A stretch of 64,000 bases of DNA from Gordius albopunctatus (lineage: Eukaryota): NCBI GenBank assembly GCA_964276515.1, contig OZ193909.1:8556001-8620000 (forward strand), in the 5' to 3' direction. A program made the position numbers and the translations under genes. The notes under the pieces were generated by a model. The model searched no databases. It was given only the letters and a program-made list of their open reading frames with translations, and had not been told where the DNA came from. The first letter of the stretch is position 1. Every line of letters begins with the position of its first letter. Positions 51,301 to 64,000 of this stretch are shown piece after piece.

Positions 51301-54300
51301 CACACTTGCATATTAAATATGTATTTGAAATATCTTAAAGGCATTTTCTATTAACCCCGGTTGATCGTCATGTAAGTAAAATTTGGTTCTACCTTTTAAA
51401 TACTTATCATAAACTCTTTAAAAGGTTCAGTTTTTAAATAACGCTTTAGTTTTGATTTGTTTTATAATAGCTAAGTTTGTTCAGAGATTGATATGCTTTT
51501 TCGAAGCCATAATTATTCATTATTCTCATTCAATTCTTGTATGTTTGCAACCTAATTTTTTATATGCTTAGTTATTTAAATATATTTTATAGTAAAGTTC
51601 TTAATTTTATAATTATTTTTAATAAATTATCATATCCTTGTAATTTAGCCTTAAAATATATGTAAAAAATTATAAAAATATACTTCTAAGGTGTTGATTT
51701 TTAATTCATTTGTTTTTGTGAAACCTTAAATATAACCAATTTTTTATCTCTATATTATAAAAGAGATTAATTTGATTCTAAGAATTTTTAGTATGGTATT
51801 TTTACCCTAAAGTATCAAAATTTACATCTTTTTAGTTGATTAGTAAAAATAATGAAAGATTGTAAGGAATCAGAAAAACACTGGCTAGCTTCTACAATAA
51901 ATTAGATGAATTAATATGTTAATATAAAATGACTAAATTACTGATTTTTTGGAGCCTATCTAGCATATTTGATGAGTATAGTTTTATGGGGAACATTAAG
52001 TGCTTGTTATAACCTTCAAATTTTCTTTATATTGCCAACATATAATTAATATAGTTTTAAGTTTTACATTCAACAAATTTTTTTCTTTCATATCTACATT
52101 TATATTACGGATGATTTTCAAAAGCCCTTAATTGATTTATGATATAATTAAAAGAATCCATACGTCAAAATTTCAGACATGCAAATAATATAATTGAGGT
52201 TTGCCCACCAGTAAATATGCCCTAATCATAAGTACACATATTTTTACTAATAGCTTATATGTCAATAAAAAAATTAACGTTTTTCGAATATATTTTCACA
52301 AATTAAATCCTTTTTGTGATTTTCTGAATAAATATTACTTAAAAGTATTATAAATATTTGATGGATATCTGTAGCAAATAGGTGTTCCCTCAACCAGTTT
52401 CTCAACGCTACTTTTACTTTTGATAAATTTGACACAAGCTTGAGATTAATTTTTAATTTTATCTACCTTTAATTCTTGTCATTAAGCTAATTAAAAAGTT
52501 TGAGCCATGTTGTTGAGCTTACTTTTTTCCTCATGTGTTAAATTGATTAATTATACTTAATTTACCCCCAAAATTTATAACCACATTCAGGCTCTTTTAT
52601 TCCACACTACAAGCAATTAGTAAGAATGGGCTCAGAAATTTAAATTACTGAAATCACGCAAGACACCAACGATTTTTTCTACATTAAGCAGAAAATCATT
52701 ATGTAAATTGTAAAATCCAATAAAATATCGATACATGGCTCTATGCCTGCTCAATAATTCGATTATAATGATTTTATCTATTATAACATTATCTGTCAAT
52801 ATCATTTTTATATTAAAATAGGATAAGTTTATATTTGATGTTATTATCAAAGTTAAACTAAAGGTTTTCCGACAAAAAATCTAAATTTGCAATTAAAATC
52901 TTTTAAACCGATTGCATTATCTGAAAACTAAGGTGGTGTTAGATGCCATTTTTGCCTGCTAAATGGACGCACTACATGATTTTTAATGCTATCCACATTT
53001 CCTATCTTGCCACCCCCCGAATTTACCGTTTAAATTAATTTAGTAAGGTAGCCTTCTGGTTTTAAATAAATTTGGTAACCGTCGCGCAACTGTCGATTTT
53101 TTTTATTATTTTTTTCTGGGAAAAGCAAACACAAACATCCCTTGTTCTAATTATATTATTAATGCCCCCTAACTTTTTCCCCCATCTCTACCCCTACGAC
53201 TTTTCCTCTATAATTTACACTCGTGTCCACGCCTTTTAATAGCCGACAAACGCACGTTTAAACCATATCTCCCTCCTCCTCCTCCCCCCCCCTACCCCTA
53301 CCCTCCATACGAACACGGGCCCGAGAGGCCAATGAACAATTTGCAATTTTTACCCTTTCCCAATCGATGACCCCGTGTCCAGCGCGTGACTCCAAATAAA
53401 TTATTGATAGGTTTTTCGTTGCGTGAGGAAAAGGAGTATTGCCTGGCCCGAAAACATTAGGAAACTATTGTAAAGCACTTAGTCTGCTACCCGCGGACAT
53501 GCTCAATATTTTGTTGACTAATTAAGGATGGCTATGATAACTATTCCCCCCCCCCCCGACCGGGCAATTTATTTTGTAGTATTTGCCCAAGCACGAGGGA
53601 GGACAGGTCATGAATTATCAATAAACGACGCTCTTAGGTGGAAATTGACGTTATTAGCGATCGCGATATCCATTTAATTTGTTGTATTCATTTAAAATGG
53701 GATATTTTTAGTTACTGTTTGTTTGAGAAAACAAGTTTTTAATATGGGTGTTTTGATTGGATTTTACCCGTAAAAATTGATGTTTATGAGAAAAAATTAA
53801 GATCTGTGGCTAATAAAACTGTGTTTTCCAAAAATTGCTTTATTGTTTAATACGTTCGTTATGTTTTCAAAGTTTCAAAATCGTTTTCCCCCTATAAAAA
53901 CCCTTTCAAAAAGCATTGCATAAAAACGAGAATTATAAATCTAGATTGTAATGAATATAGTTGGTACTTGGTAGAACTATCCACTTTTTTGCTAAATAGC
54001 CACTCAATTTGCGCATTACACAACTATCCAACCCGGTGTCGCATTAAGTGTGGACATTTTGGCTCATTTACCCTTATCTCCCCCCCCCCCGCTTCATATC
54101 ATTTTCCCAACAAATGCCACCCTCCCTTTCTCACTCCTATTACGAGGCATTTAATCGATTGCAATCGATATGAGTAGTTAGCTGGAAGAACCACTTTGTA
54201 CAACGACCATCATTATTATTATAAGCCCCGCGTTCATTCTTCTCCCCCTTGCCTTCCTTGGATTCTGGCCTGAGTTGAGGGTAATAATGCTATGCGACAA

Positions 54301-54608
54301 TCCCCCCCCCCCTCCTAGTTTTTTTCTTCAGTGCAGCCCGACGATGACATTCCTTATCTTTAAAAATCCATCATTTACTACAATCTCGTTGGGTAAGGCA
54401 TTGCGACATGGCCATTATCTAGGTCTGACCGAAATACTGAAAATTGCATCTAATATATAATAGATAACCTATAGATTTATAGAGTTTGGCGATTCTTTTA
54501 ACCCTTAATTAAACCTCAGAGTACCTTTAATCTTAAATTTATGGGACAAAACAATTTACTTAAGTTTATTATAACAGTAATATGACTAACAACTTATATG
54601 GGCATACT

Positions 54609-54770
54609 CGTGGGTGTAGCCAGGGAGAGACAGGGAAAATGGCTGCCCCCACCTAAATTCAAAAAATCTTTAATCCTTAATATAATTATGGCTAAAATTT
54701 CTAAAAAGTATCATTTTGGGCCTCCATCATTATTGCCCCCCCCCTAATTTAAACCCAGGCTACGCCCATG
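54609..54770. mobile_element. MITE with 8-bp TSD
   Basis: TIR CGTGGGTGTAGCC/GGCTACGCCCATG; TSD GGCATACT/TGCCTACT. Confidence 0.75.
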
Positions 54771-57700
54771 TGCCTACTAAAACTGGGATCATCATTAGTG
54801 AATTAGATGAATCACTCTTTACGAATTACGACATATATTTAAAGATTAGCAAAGATATCGTACAGGCATTTGTCTTTTAATGAACTTTATCACAATACTA
54901 ATTGCTTCGTTATTAAAGCTAAAACAATCCTGCCAATTACATATGAATATCAACATTAACGATTGGCCAATCATTGCACCCCGTTACTCACCAGCTTTTT
55001 GGATGCACTATTTGTTTGCCTAACCGTGTTTGGCATTCCAGTCGGTGTCGGATTTGTTAAATAAAAAATTCCAGCATTTGTGGATTCTACAGACAGATGG
55101 GTTAAAAGTTGACCTAGCAATTATTATAGAAAGAGGTCTCATTGGTGGTGTGACGACATGAGTTAAAGGGGCCTAATCGGCATTATTGTGTTGGGATGTT
55201 GGTTTTTTGAACAGTTTTAGGAAGAATGATTCGTATTTAGACCCAGCCTTTTAAAATTCCTTTGTCGTTTAAACGTAATTTTTTATGCACGTCTAGTTAG
55301 TTAGAAGCCATGTAGGATTACCGATGTCAAGCTATATAAGGTTACATAATTATTTGGCTTTTATAGCAATATTGCGTTAACTCTGCAACCATTTAATCCT
55401 CGTTGTCAGTCTTTAAATGGGGCTAAAGATATGCGACCGCGCACCCCCTCAATACGCTTCAAATTGGTTTAATTTTGAAGCGTGAGACCTATTCGTAAGC
55501 CATAATGATGTGTCTCCTCCCTCAGTATGATTAATAATAATAAGTCGTTCATGTAGGCTCCTCCAGTCCAGTCCCCTGCTTTTAATTAAACCCTTTTTGT
55601 GGAGATGGCCTTGAATGAGTTCGAACCAAACGCATTGACTAAACTACGGAAAACAAACGTCCACCAATAAACAATGAGCTTATCAAACATTTATTTAAAA
55701 AATTGGGCATTTTTATAATGATGGGTCATCATCACCCTCCTAGTCACGCATTCCATGTTTCCGCCATTCCCATATTGTTTTTTAAATTGTTGTTCAGTTG
55801 AGAATCAAATGTACAAGCCTCAATGTTAATAGATCAAATTTTGAGAGCGTTACACATTGTTCCCATCAATTTGACGAAATTTGCAGGGTTGACTTTTAAT
55901 TTGGCTCTTAACGGGTTAAAACGAGAGAAACAAGCTGATGGTCACAGACTTTAGATATTATCTGACAGGCAAAAATAATGACTTGCATAAACTATTGTAA
56001 AAGCTATCACCAGTACAGCATGTTATGAATGAATTAAATGGACTACCTCTTCGTCAATTGTAAAAAATCGACTTTCCAACTTTTTCTCCGTAGCCCCCCA
56101 CTGGTTATCGAAAATTTAATTTGTAATCGGTAAGTTTAATTTACGTATCATTTTGTCCACGTCCCCCACCACAGGGGACTAATTAAAAAGTCCATTCGCT
56201 CGCCAGTTATCTTTCCCTGTAGGAGTGGTTTATTGGAATTTTCTTGTCGGGTGTGCGGGATAGTTTACTTAGCCTACCTCATAGCTGCCCTCGTGGCCAA
56301 TCTTTTAAACGACGGTTTGTCAACCTTTGCCTGCCCCTCCGCCCCTCGCTCAACCGTTTTGTGTGGGGCTGCCCACTGGCAGTGCTAAATGTTCCGTTTT
56401 CAGCTTCACTAAATACGTTTACTCTAGCTACAATTATACGTGTAAAACCTTTTTTAGAATGCGCAATTATAATGTTTTTGTCTATTTAAAAAACTTAATG
56501 GCATTTTTGGTTGTAACCACTATGTTAGGCATATGAGATTTGAATTATTTTGAAGAAAGGACCAGTCAATCGATAAATAGTGTTAGATTATTTCGTTTTT
56601 TCTCCTTTGCCAGCAGTAGTGATATTGACTCCACCCTTTCCCTTCAGGATAATCAGTTTTTGGCTGAATCTGTTTTCCAAGCAGTTGTCCACCATTTTTT
56701 AGTACGCTTTCATTTTATGCGTTTGGTAAAATGGATCTGGCTTTAAATTAGGCTAAAAGGGATTTAATTTTCTAAGTGAAACATTAATTAAATTAAAATA
56801 TAAACAATCTACGCATTTCCCGTTTAATATAGTTTTTTTTATCATTATTGACCTATAAAATTAACACTTGATTCCGTTATAAATTTGTTGCGAATTATAG
56901 ACTAAGTCTCATCAAAAATATTTTAAGTCACTCTGCAAAGTTAACGAGCCCGCACAATAATTACAATTATAAAAACCTTTTATCTAGCGATATTTTTGCT
57001 GGATTAAGGCAAGAATTTATTGGGGGTGAGGTGAGTTGTTAATAAAATGTCTTAGTTGCCGTCCCTATATTAAAACTGTTTTAAATTTTGAATGTTCAAT
57101 TTTTATTTTAAAAAGTATCGGATTGTGCCAATGCAAAGTGATTGGTCGCAGTGTCGATATAAAATTAATGGTGTTAGCAAACCTAATCCCTTAGTATTGC
57201 GATTTTAACCCTCTTCACCTAATTCTAAATTGACGTTTAATTTTTAATCGAAAATCGCCTCCCGATTATTAATAATATTGCTTTACCTACGACCAGAAAT
57301 AAGATTAATTACGTTACACCTAAAAATTGTCACTTTTCCCTATCAAAATTATAGGGCAGTTATTTCAACCACCACCAATCAATACAATATATTGCTACGA
57401 ATTGAACTTAATTTGCAATATGAGATGGCGGATATGGTGGGGTTTGGATTTGGTAATTTATATTAATTAAGTGACTCTCTTTTCCATTTTAAGGCTTAAA
57501 TTCAAAGGCAACGCTTTTTATAAAAAGTCATTTCATTGGCCTAACTTAATAATCAATCAGCGGGCCGCGCCCTGCCATTTCCCTTTTTGAGAATAAGGTC
57601 AGACTTTAATTCTGGCTTAGCTCCTTGCCAAAAATAACTTCCACGTATATTAAATTTAATATAAATGTTAATTTGTCACACACCATGTCAACCCTCATTT

Positions 57701-58431
57701 TTGTTCTCGCCTAATCTCATATTTATTTTACACCGGAGTGTAGCCTTATTTTGGTGTATATTCATCTAATCCCACCTACAAGAAAATATTTATCTAATTA
57801 GGCGATCTTCGTTAAATGGCTACGAATGCTTGTCTTAAGGTAGAACCTTAATAAACGTTACCAAATATGGGACTTATAAATAGTAAGGGAATAAATTGTC
57901 GCTTGTTCCAAAAATTCGTTTGATAAATTTCCCCCAGATTTTATATATTGGTACAACAAATAATATTTGAAAGTTTGGGTTTAACTTGTTTATGATGCCA
58001 AAACTTTTATTATCTTTGGTTTACAAAAGTATAATATTAATTACTCATCCACAAACGACATATTATATGCCATAATTTAAGTTTCATATGGGAAATGTGT
58101 GTACCATCCTATCCACTATTTTGAATTTAACATTTTAAAAACAGAAAAAGTTAATTTACCTTCCTCATTAGTTAATCAATAAAAATTAATGGTAATAAAA
58201 GATTATTTAATAAAATGTTTATGACATCTAAATACTTTAACATCACATTATCACAGTATTTTTATGAATTTTGTAAATGATATATATTATAAAATGCTGT
58301 TTTTAATCTTTAACAAGTTCACTAATTTTTTATTACCTTTTAAAAAACTTTAATTAACCAAAATTACTATAATCATATGTCCTTGCCTTATTTGAGCACC
58401 TTTAAAAATGTTGGAAAAACAGTTCGCTTAA

Positions 58432-59208
58432 CCCTCCAATGTACTTATAGAAATCCCAACCCTAAAGTGACTTATGGGGTTTATAAAACCCCATTCTTAA
58501 AATGATCATAATTTTAAAACCATTAGAGTAACACTTCTAGAATTTTATATATAAGTTTATTAAAGCCTCTTATAGGTTTGTAAAAAAAATAATTTAATTA
58601 TAAATAGTAATTCTAAAATTATATGCAATTTACCAAACACAAAGAAAATGAATAAAAATCAAAATGACACCAAACAGTTAGTAGAAATATAAAAATCAAA
58701 TTTTTTTTATTAAAAGAAGGTTTGAATAATATAAAAAACATGTATTCATGATAAAATGATTATACAGTAAAAAAAATAGAAGACTCTAAAAAATGGTCAT
58801 TTTTTCGCATTTTTCGCTGCAATTTTTGCAAAATATTATAGTGTAATCAACACAAACAGGGTTTTGACACCTATTGCACGAAAATCTTGTTTTCTATAAA
58901 CAAATATAACTAGCGATATTGATCCAAATGTTATACACATGCTTAAATTACTATTTTTAGGTAAAAAATAATTTTAAAAAATTTTGATAAAAAAAACTTT
59001 CTTAATTGACCTTATGGGGTTAGAGGACCCCAAACGCTTATATCTCCAAAAGTATTGAGGCAAATCCTATGAAATTTTTCAGGAAATATAGCTTTTTCAT
59101 AATTATGAAAACTCGAAAAAAACCAAATCTCTAAATCTAAAACTCTTTAAGTGGTCTTAAATTATAACTTTCGTGGGGTTTCTTAGACCCCATAAGTACA
59201 TTGGAGGG
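58432..59208. mobile_element. Non-autonomous piggyBac element
   Basis: TTAA|CCCTCCAATGTACTTAT...ATAAGTACATTGGAGGG|TTAA; internal TGGGGTT...ACCCC palindromic motifs. Confidence 0.92.
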
Positions 59209-60689
59209 TTAAAGTTGATGAGCAGTTAGTGAAACATATGCAATAATAAAAGTGTTCAACAGTTTATCATCGGGTACACCTAAATGTTATAAATGTATTT
59301 TTTGAGCAAATAGCTTAACGCATTTTTGTGAGATGCCACCTTACTAAGACTGACCACAGATTAGGGATGACACTTTGACAACAGTTTTTAAGCAATACTT
59401 TTTCACGTTTCGCGCCTCGCTCCACTCTCTTCGAGGGGTCAGCAGTAGATTATTGTCGTGTTAGCTTTCATACACACAAACGTATTGAGGATAATTTTAA
59501 TCCGTCATTCGGTTTGACTACTGCGATTTGACGGGTCGCGATAGATGAAAATTCATCGATGGGAGACTAGTAGACGTATTTCTTTACTTTTATAATGAAT
59601 TGTTTTCCCATTCCGAAATCAATAACTTTAGAGAGAGGCGAGTGAAGTGAGGTGTTCAACAAACATTTGCCTCGATGGACAGGCTTGGCTTATTTTTGTG
59701 TAATAATTATTTTTTATTTTTTCTCACGTTTAATTTAATTAAACGTATTCTCCTATTTTTACAATGAATCCGCGCCTTTTGCCTCGGTGACAAGAAAAAA
59801 TGGCGACCGTTTAAATATTAAGCGACATCTCGGCATTGAATAATTTATACGATTGCAGCACCCTTTGGTCCTTCATCTTTTAATTAGTTGTATTATTTAT
59901 TAAAGTATTCAATCGTTTTGACATTTTGTTTAAACTTTTTCGACCGCACATTAAAGCAATTATAGTGGACATTTGATGCTTAAAATAACTTTATTACATT
60001 CGATTCCTTTATTAACTACAAAGATATTTTGCCGTTTGGTTGTGTTTGATTAATTTGTTTGTTGAGCGAGACTGACGAGAGTAAATTATTACCCTCCACC
60101 AGTTTGTACTCAATTTAATCAGCAAACATCTCATTTATCCTTTCCATTCTTTCTCTATCAAGCTTTCATATTTTTCGCTGAAATATCACATTCTTCAAAA
60201 TATCTGAATATTTTAATTTAGCTAAATTATTAATTTTTTTTATAATGATCAACTAGTTTGTTTCCCTTGCTATATTCCTATAATATGGATTATTGCATAC
60301 TTTTCAGAAATCATTGATGATTGTTCTAGGCCCCAGCATTCAAATGTCACCAGTAATGTGTGACCCGTTAATCCGAAATTTCAAATAACACAAATTTCAA
60401 TAATATGTTGTCGAAAGTCGAAAATTTAGCTAAGCAACGGATTTCGAACTCTATGACCCTCAAATTTATTTAACGAGTCAGCATAATTCCTTAAAGCGCA
60501 TCAAAGCAACATCTATATTTTGAAGGAGGATTCCACTATTCTGTGATATGCAAAAAACTTCGAAAAAGTTAGTGCTTCTTTTCACATAGGTTTTGCTTGA
60601 ACAATTTAATTTGGTTTTTTATACGCGCTTTGGAAATCTAAATATACATCATTATTATTATTATTCCCGTAATTTGTAACAGTTAGTAT

Positions 60690-61214
60690 TAGGGCTTGTC
60701 TTAATATCCGATTCGATTTTATGGGTCAAACTCGGTTGTAATTATTAATATTTTATTTTTTGATAGTTAAAAACGTTTTTTTGTTTATTTCAACTCTTCA
60801 GATTAAATCTAAGCTTCGCTGATACCTAAAAATTTAAAAACATACAACATTTAAGCTTATGAAATATTTTGCAACTTACAAAATCGCTGTTATGTTATGC
60901 GTCTGACATGCAAATCTGCCGTGAATTCGAAGTCAGGACACGGCTATGTTATAACTCGTAGGACGATTTTTGCTGCGCAGCAAAATCCGATATTAAGACA
61001 AGCGCTTAGTGTTGTAAAAACAACTGGGGGTTTTATTTGGTCAACCCTTGCTTTTAGTCGACTACTAAACATGAACAAACCAAAGATTTTCGGTCTGTTT
61101 CCCATGAATGGACCAAAGAAGGCTTGAGCAAAAATCTTTGGTTTTTTCATGTTTAGTAGTCGACTAAAACCAGAGGTCGGCCAAACAAAACCCCCAGTTG
61201 TTTTTACAACACTA
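60690..61214. mobile_element. Two abutting MITEs (60690-61006 and 61007-61214) inside one 8-bp TSD
   Basis: TAGGGCTTGTCTTAATATC/GATATTAAGACAAGCGCT then TAGTGTTGTAAAAACAACTGGGGG/CCCCCAGTTGTTTTTACAACACTA; GTTAGTAT at 60682-60689 and 61215-61222. Confidence 0.85.
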
Positions 61215-61463
61215 GTTAGTATTAAATTAGGCCGCCATTTTTTATGTATCACGTTGGTTCTTAGCTAGCTAGCATACCATATTATCTGAGGTAGTTGTCA
61301 TGTAGTAGAATTTAACTCGGTGTAATATTGGCGTGATTAGACGAAACCACTCGTATTTACTATATTTAAAGGCCTCAAATGGAAAAGCTCATGATGCAAA
61401 AAACCTGTTCCTTAAAGAAAATTTGAAACTACACTGTAATTTACTGATTTTTATGATAGTGCA

Positions 61464-63893
61464 TAGACCTGCAACGGGCCTGTTTAGCTCAGTCGGCCCC
61501 CGCCCGTATAAAAATTGAAAAGCCCGGGCCCGGCCTGTCAAAATAAAAGGTGATAGGCCCGGGTCCGGTCCGCTAATTAATTGCAAAGCCCGGACCCGCA
61601 TACAAAATTTTTTAGTTTGCTAATTTCTGTTGGATTTTAATTTTTTTATTAAAATATTTAATCAATATATCCATATATTACAAATATTAATAATAATCAT
61701 GTAAAAATAATAAAACATTAATTATATCCGGTCTCAAGCGAGTTCTTCTTTCTTCAATCAATCGACCTGCAGTTGAAAAATTTCTTTCCCTAGTGGCACT
61801 TGTGGCAGGAATACATAAAACTTTATATGCCAAATGAGATAGTTTTGGATACCTGATTTAAGGTTGAATTGATTAACATTTACTTCGCTTCTTTGGCTTT
61901 CCATCATTTTATAAGATCAAAACACTCATGATCTACATATTCCTCAAGATATTGATTAAATTTATTTGTTGATGAAGGTATGATGCTTCCATTATCCTCC
62001 CATTCCGAAAATACGCATTTAGATTTTTTAGCTAAAATTTTGTCTTAAAATTTAAAATCTTACCCTGAGACATACTTTTGTCATTTTCTAAATTCTCGAA
62101 AGAACTAACGATTGAGAAAAATCATCGCGATCTATCCCTTTTCTCTTGAGTAGTAGCCATTTTCATGTCTTTAAATTTGGGGTGAAGCGCCGTAGCCATT
62201 CTATGCAAGGAATGGATGGTATATTTTTGATTAATCAATTCTTTAATTTTATTTTTGATATTTCTAATTTGATTGTCCCAAAATCCATCATATTAATTAA
62301 TTTCAATTTCCATAAAAATACATAAGGCATAGTGGATTTTGAGTCCGCCTCTAATTGTGTGCTCGCTTCTTTAAATGGCACAATAACTCAGTAGTAGATT
62401 TTAGCAAGGGTTTGTTTATATTAACCAACATAAAGGTTTCATTCCTTTTTGTTAAAATCTCTTCAATTTCATCTAACATGTTATTACCACTTTCCAAAAG
62501 ATTCAATTTAGAATTCCACCTAACAACTACATCTTGATATAAACAATGGCTTAGATTTCTATTTAGGCCACTTTGTTTAAAGTACACTACAAGAGTTTTA
62601 GTGTCATTTATCATGTTCAATACATCTGGAGCATTTGCCCCCAAAAATAATTCATTAAAAGCCCCTATTATTTATCTGGTGAGCCTTACAATCCAGTCGT
62701 CTATAATTTTGTAGAGCTTTTATGATATTGGCTCCTTGATCTGAAACAAATGTAATTTTAAAATATCATCCAGAGATAATCCGAATGATGTTAACTTATT
62801 AAGGATTTCACTTTTAATATTTTCTGCATTTTTTTTTCTTTCATGTTGGAATTGTGCTGTGAACAATATCATTAACAAGTTTATCATTAATGTAGTGTAT
62901 ATTTAATGTTATATAAGGATTCTTAGTATAGTCATCTGTCCACCCACAGGTCTGTTGTTGCCAAACACAATCCCCTTTCCACATATGATATTACTTCTGG
63001 TAAAATTAGCTTTCTTACAGCAATGGCAGACTGCTTAACATGCCTGGCTACAGAAGTTTGATGAAGCATTATGTCCTCTATCTTCACTTGTCCAACTATT
63101 GAAACACTATCCATCAGAAATTGGCAAAAATTTTTAAATCTTCAAAGGGTCTTAAATCTTTGGCCTAAAAATTATTTGCCTCATCTATTATTTTGTTTTT
63201 AGGAGTTTCACTTTTTTTGTATCCATCACCGTGACAAATTGATCCATCGTTCCAGACTTTGATTCATTGCTAGCACATTTAAGTCTTTTAATAGAAGATG
63301 TTTCATCAGATGGTTTGTAGGATAAATACTTTTTGCAAGTTTTGCAGATGCAAATACTAGCTTGGTTGTCATTTTCATGCAGTAGTATATTAAACTTTTT
63401 CCACATTTCACTCTTCAAATTATGGTTTAATTTTATTTCGAGATTATTATAAGTTCTTTTGTCAGCCATTATTAATTCTTCAGACATGCTAATATGTTAT
63501 GTACTATTTCTAAAAAAATTATTTAATTAAAATATAAAATTTTGTTATAGAGTGAAAATCTCAAATAGTTATATAATAAAGTTTTATAATGAGAATATTC
63601 AAAATATTTATCTTGAAATTTTATTAACTTACTCTTAAGTTTGTGGCTAGAAGGATAAAGAAGTTTATTCCTGGTATTTTTGTAAATGAATGAATGAATA
63701 AAGAAGGAAATTCAAATGTATTTTCATTGTCAATTTGACAAAAATCAATTAAAAATTAATAAAAAAAAGTTTAATACATTTTTGTTTTTACTTTATATTT
63801 CTAAAACTAAACTATTTTGCAACGGGCTTTTAGCGAGCCTCAGTTTAATGTAGGCTCGAGCCCGTTAGACTAGCCGGGCCGTGCAGGTCTCTA
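61464..63893 (-). mobile_element. Hermes/hobo-like hAT transposon with a decayed transposase (~63487-61725)
   Basis: TIR TAG(AG)ACCTGCA; TSD ATAGTGCA/AAAGTGCA; BED finger, TTDLW, VSDQGANI, VRWNS, IPATSA motifs with stops and frameshifts. Confidence 0.92.
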
Positions 63894-64000
63894 AAAGTGC
63901 ATACTCATAACGGGCGCTTGGAAAATAGGCTGTTGATTGGTTCATGGATGGGGACTGAGATTGCAAACCTTTTTCCCATTAGCTCTGCTAACAAATTAAA

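Noticed and set aside
60070..60100. CTGACGAG plus hairpin as a hammerhead
   Set aside because: No GAAA after stem II
61278..61332. let-7-like TGAGGTAGT in a hairpin
   Set aside because: The mature sequence would run through the loop and its 3' half does not match let-7

Overview
AT-rich eukaryotic (most likely invertebrate animal) genomic DNA dominated by transposable elements. The one clear host gene is a 12-exon KRI1 homolog (28034-32511, +) with several 37-45 nt introns. A nest of elements spans 7956-19809 and each layer has its own boundary signature: RTE LINE > hAT > Helitron > 5.8-kb foldback element with hAT-like ends and an 8-bp TSD that carries an intron-containing Mutator/SWIM transposase. 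Three copies of a second RTE family are present. The two young copies share the same in-frame TGA inside the endonuclease, and one of them is a twin-priming-type 5'-inverted insertion that fuses RT in frame to a BED zinc finger. Also present: a GC-rich DIRS-like (possibly hepadna-like) RT fragment capped by a strong hairpin, a Penelope-type minimal hammerhead ribozyme, decayed hAT transposases, a gypsy fragment, and many MITEs (hAT, piggyBac, MULE, P-like, Harbinger-like). About 5 kb (52.9-57.9 kb) is nearly TE-free and non-coding. All calls are by eye; no searches were run.
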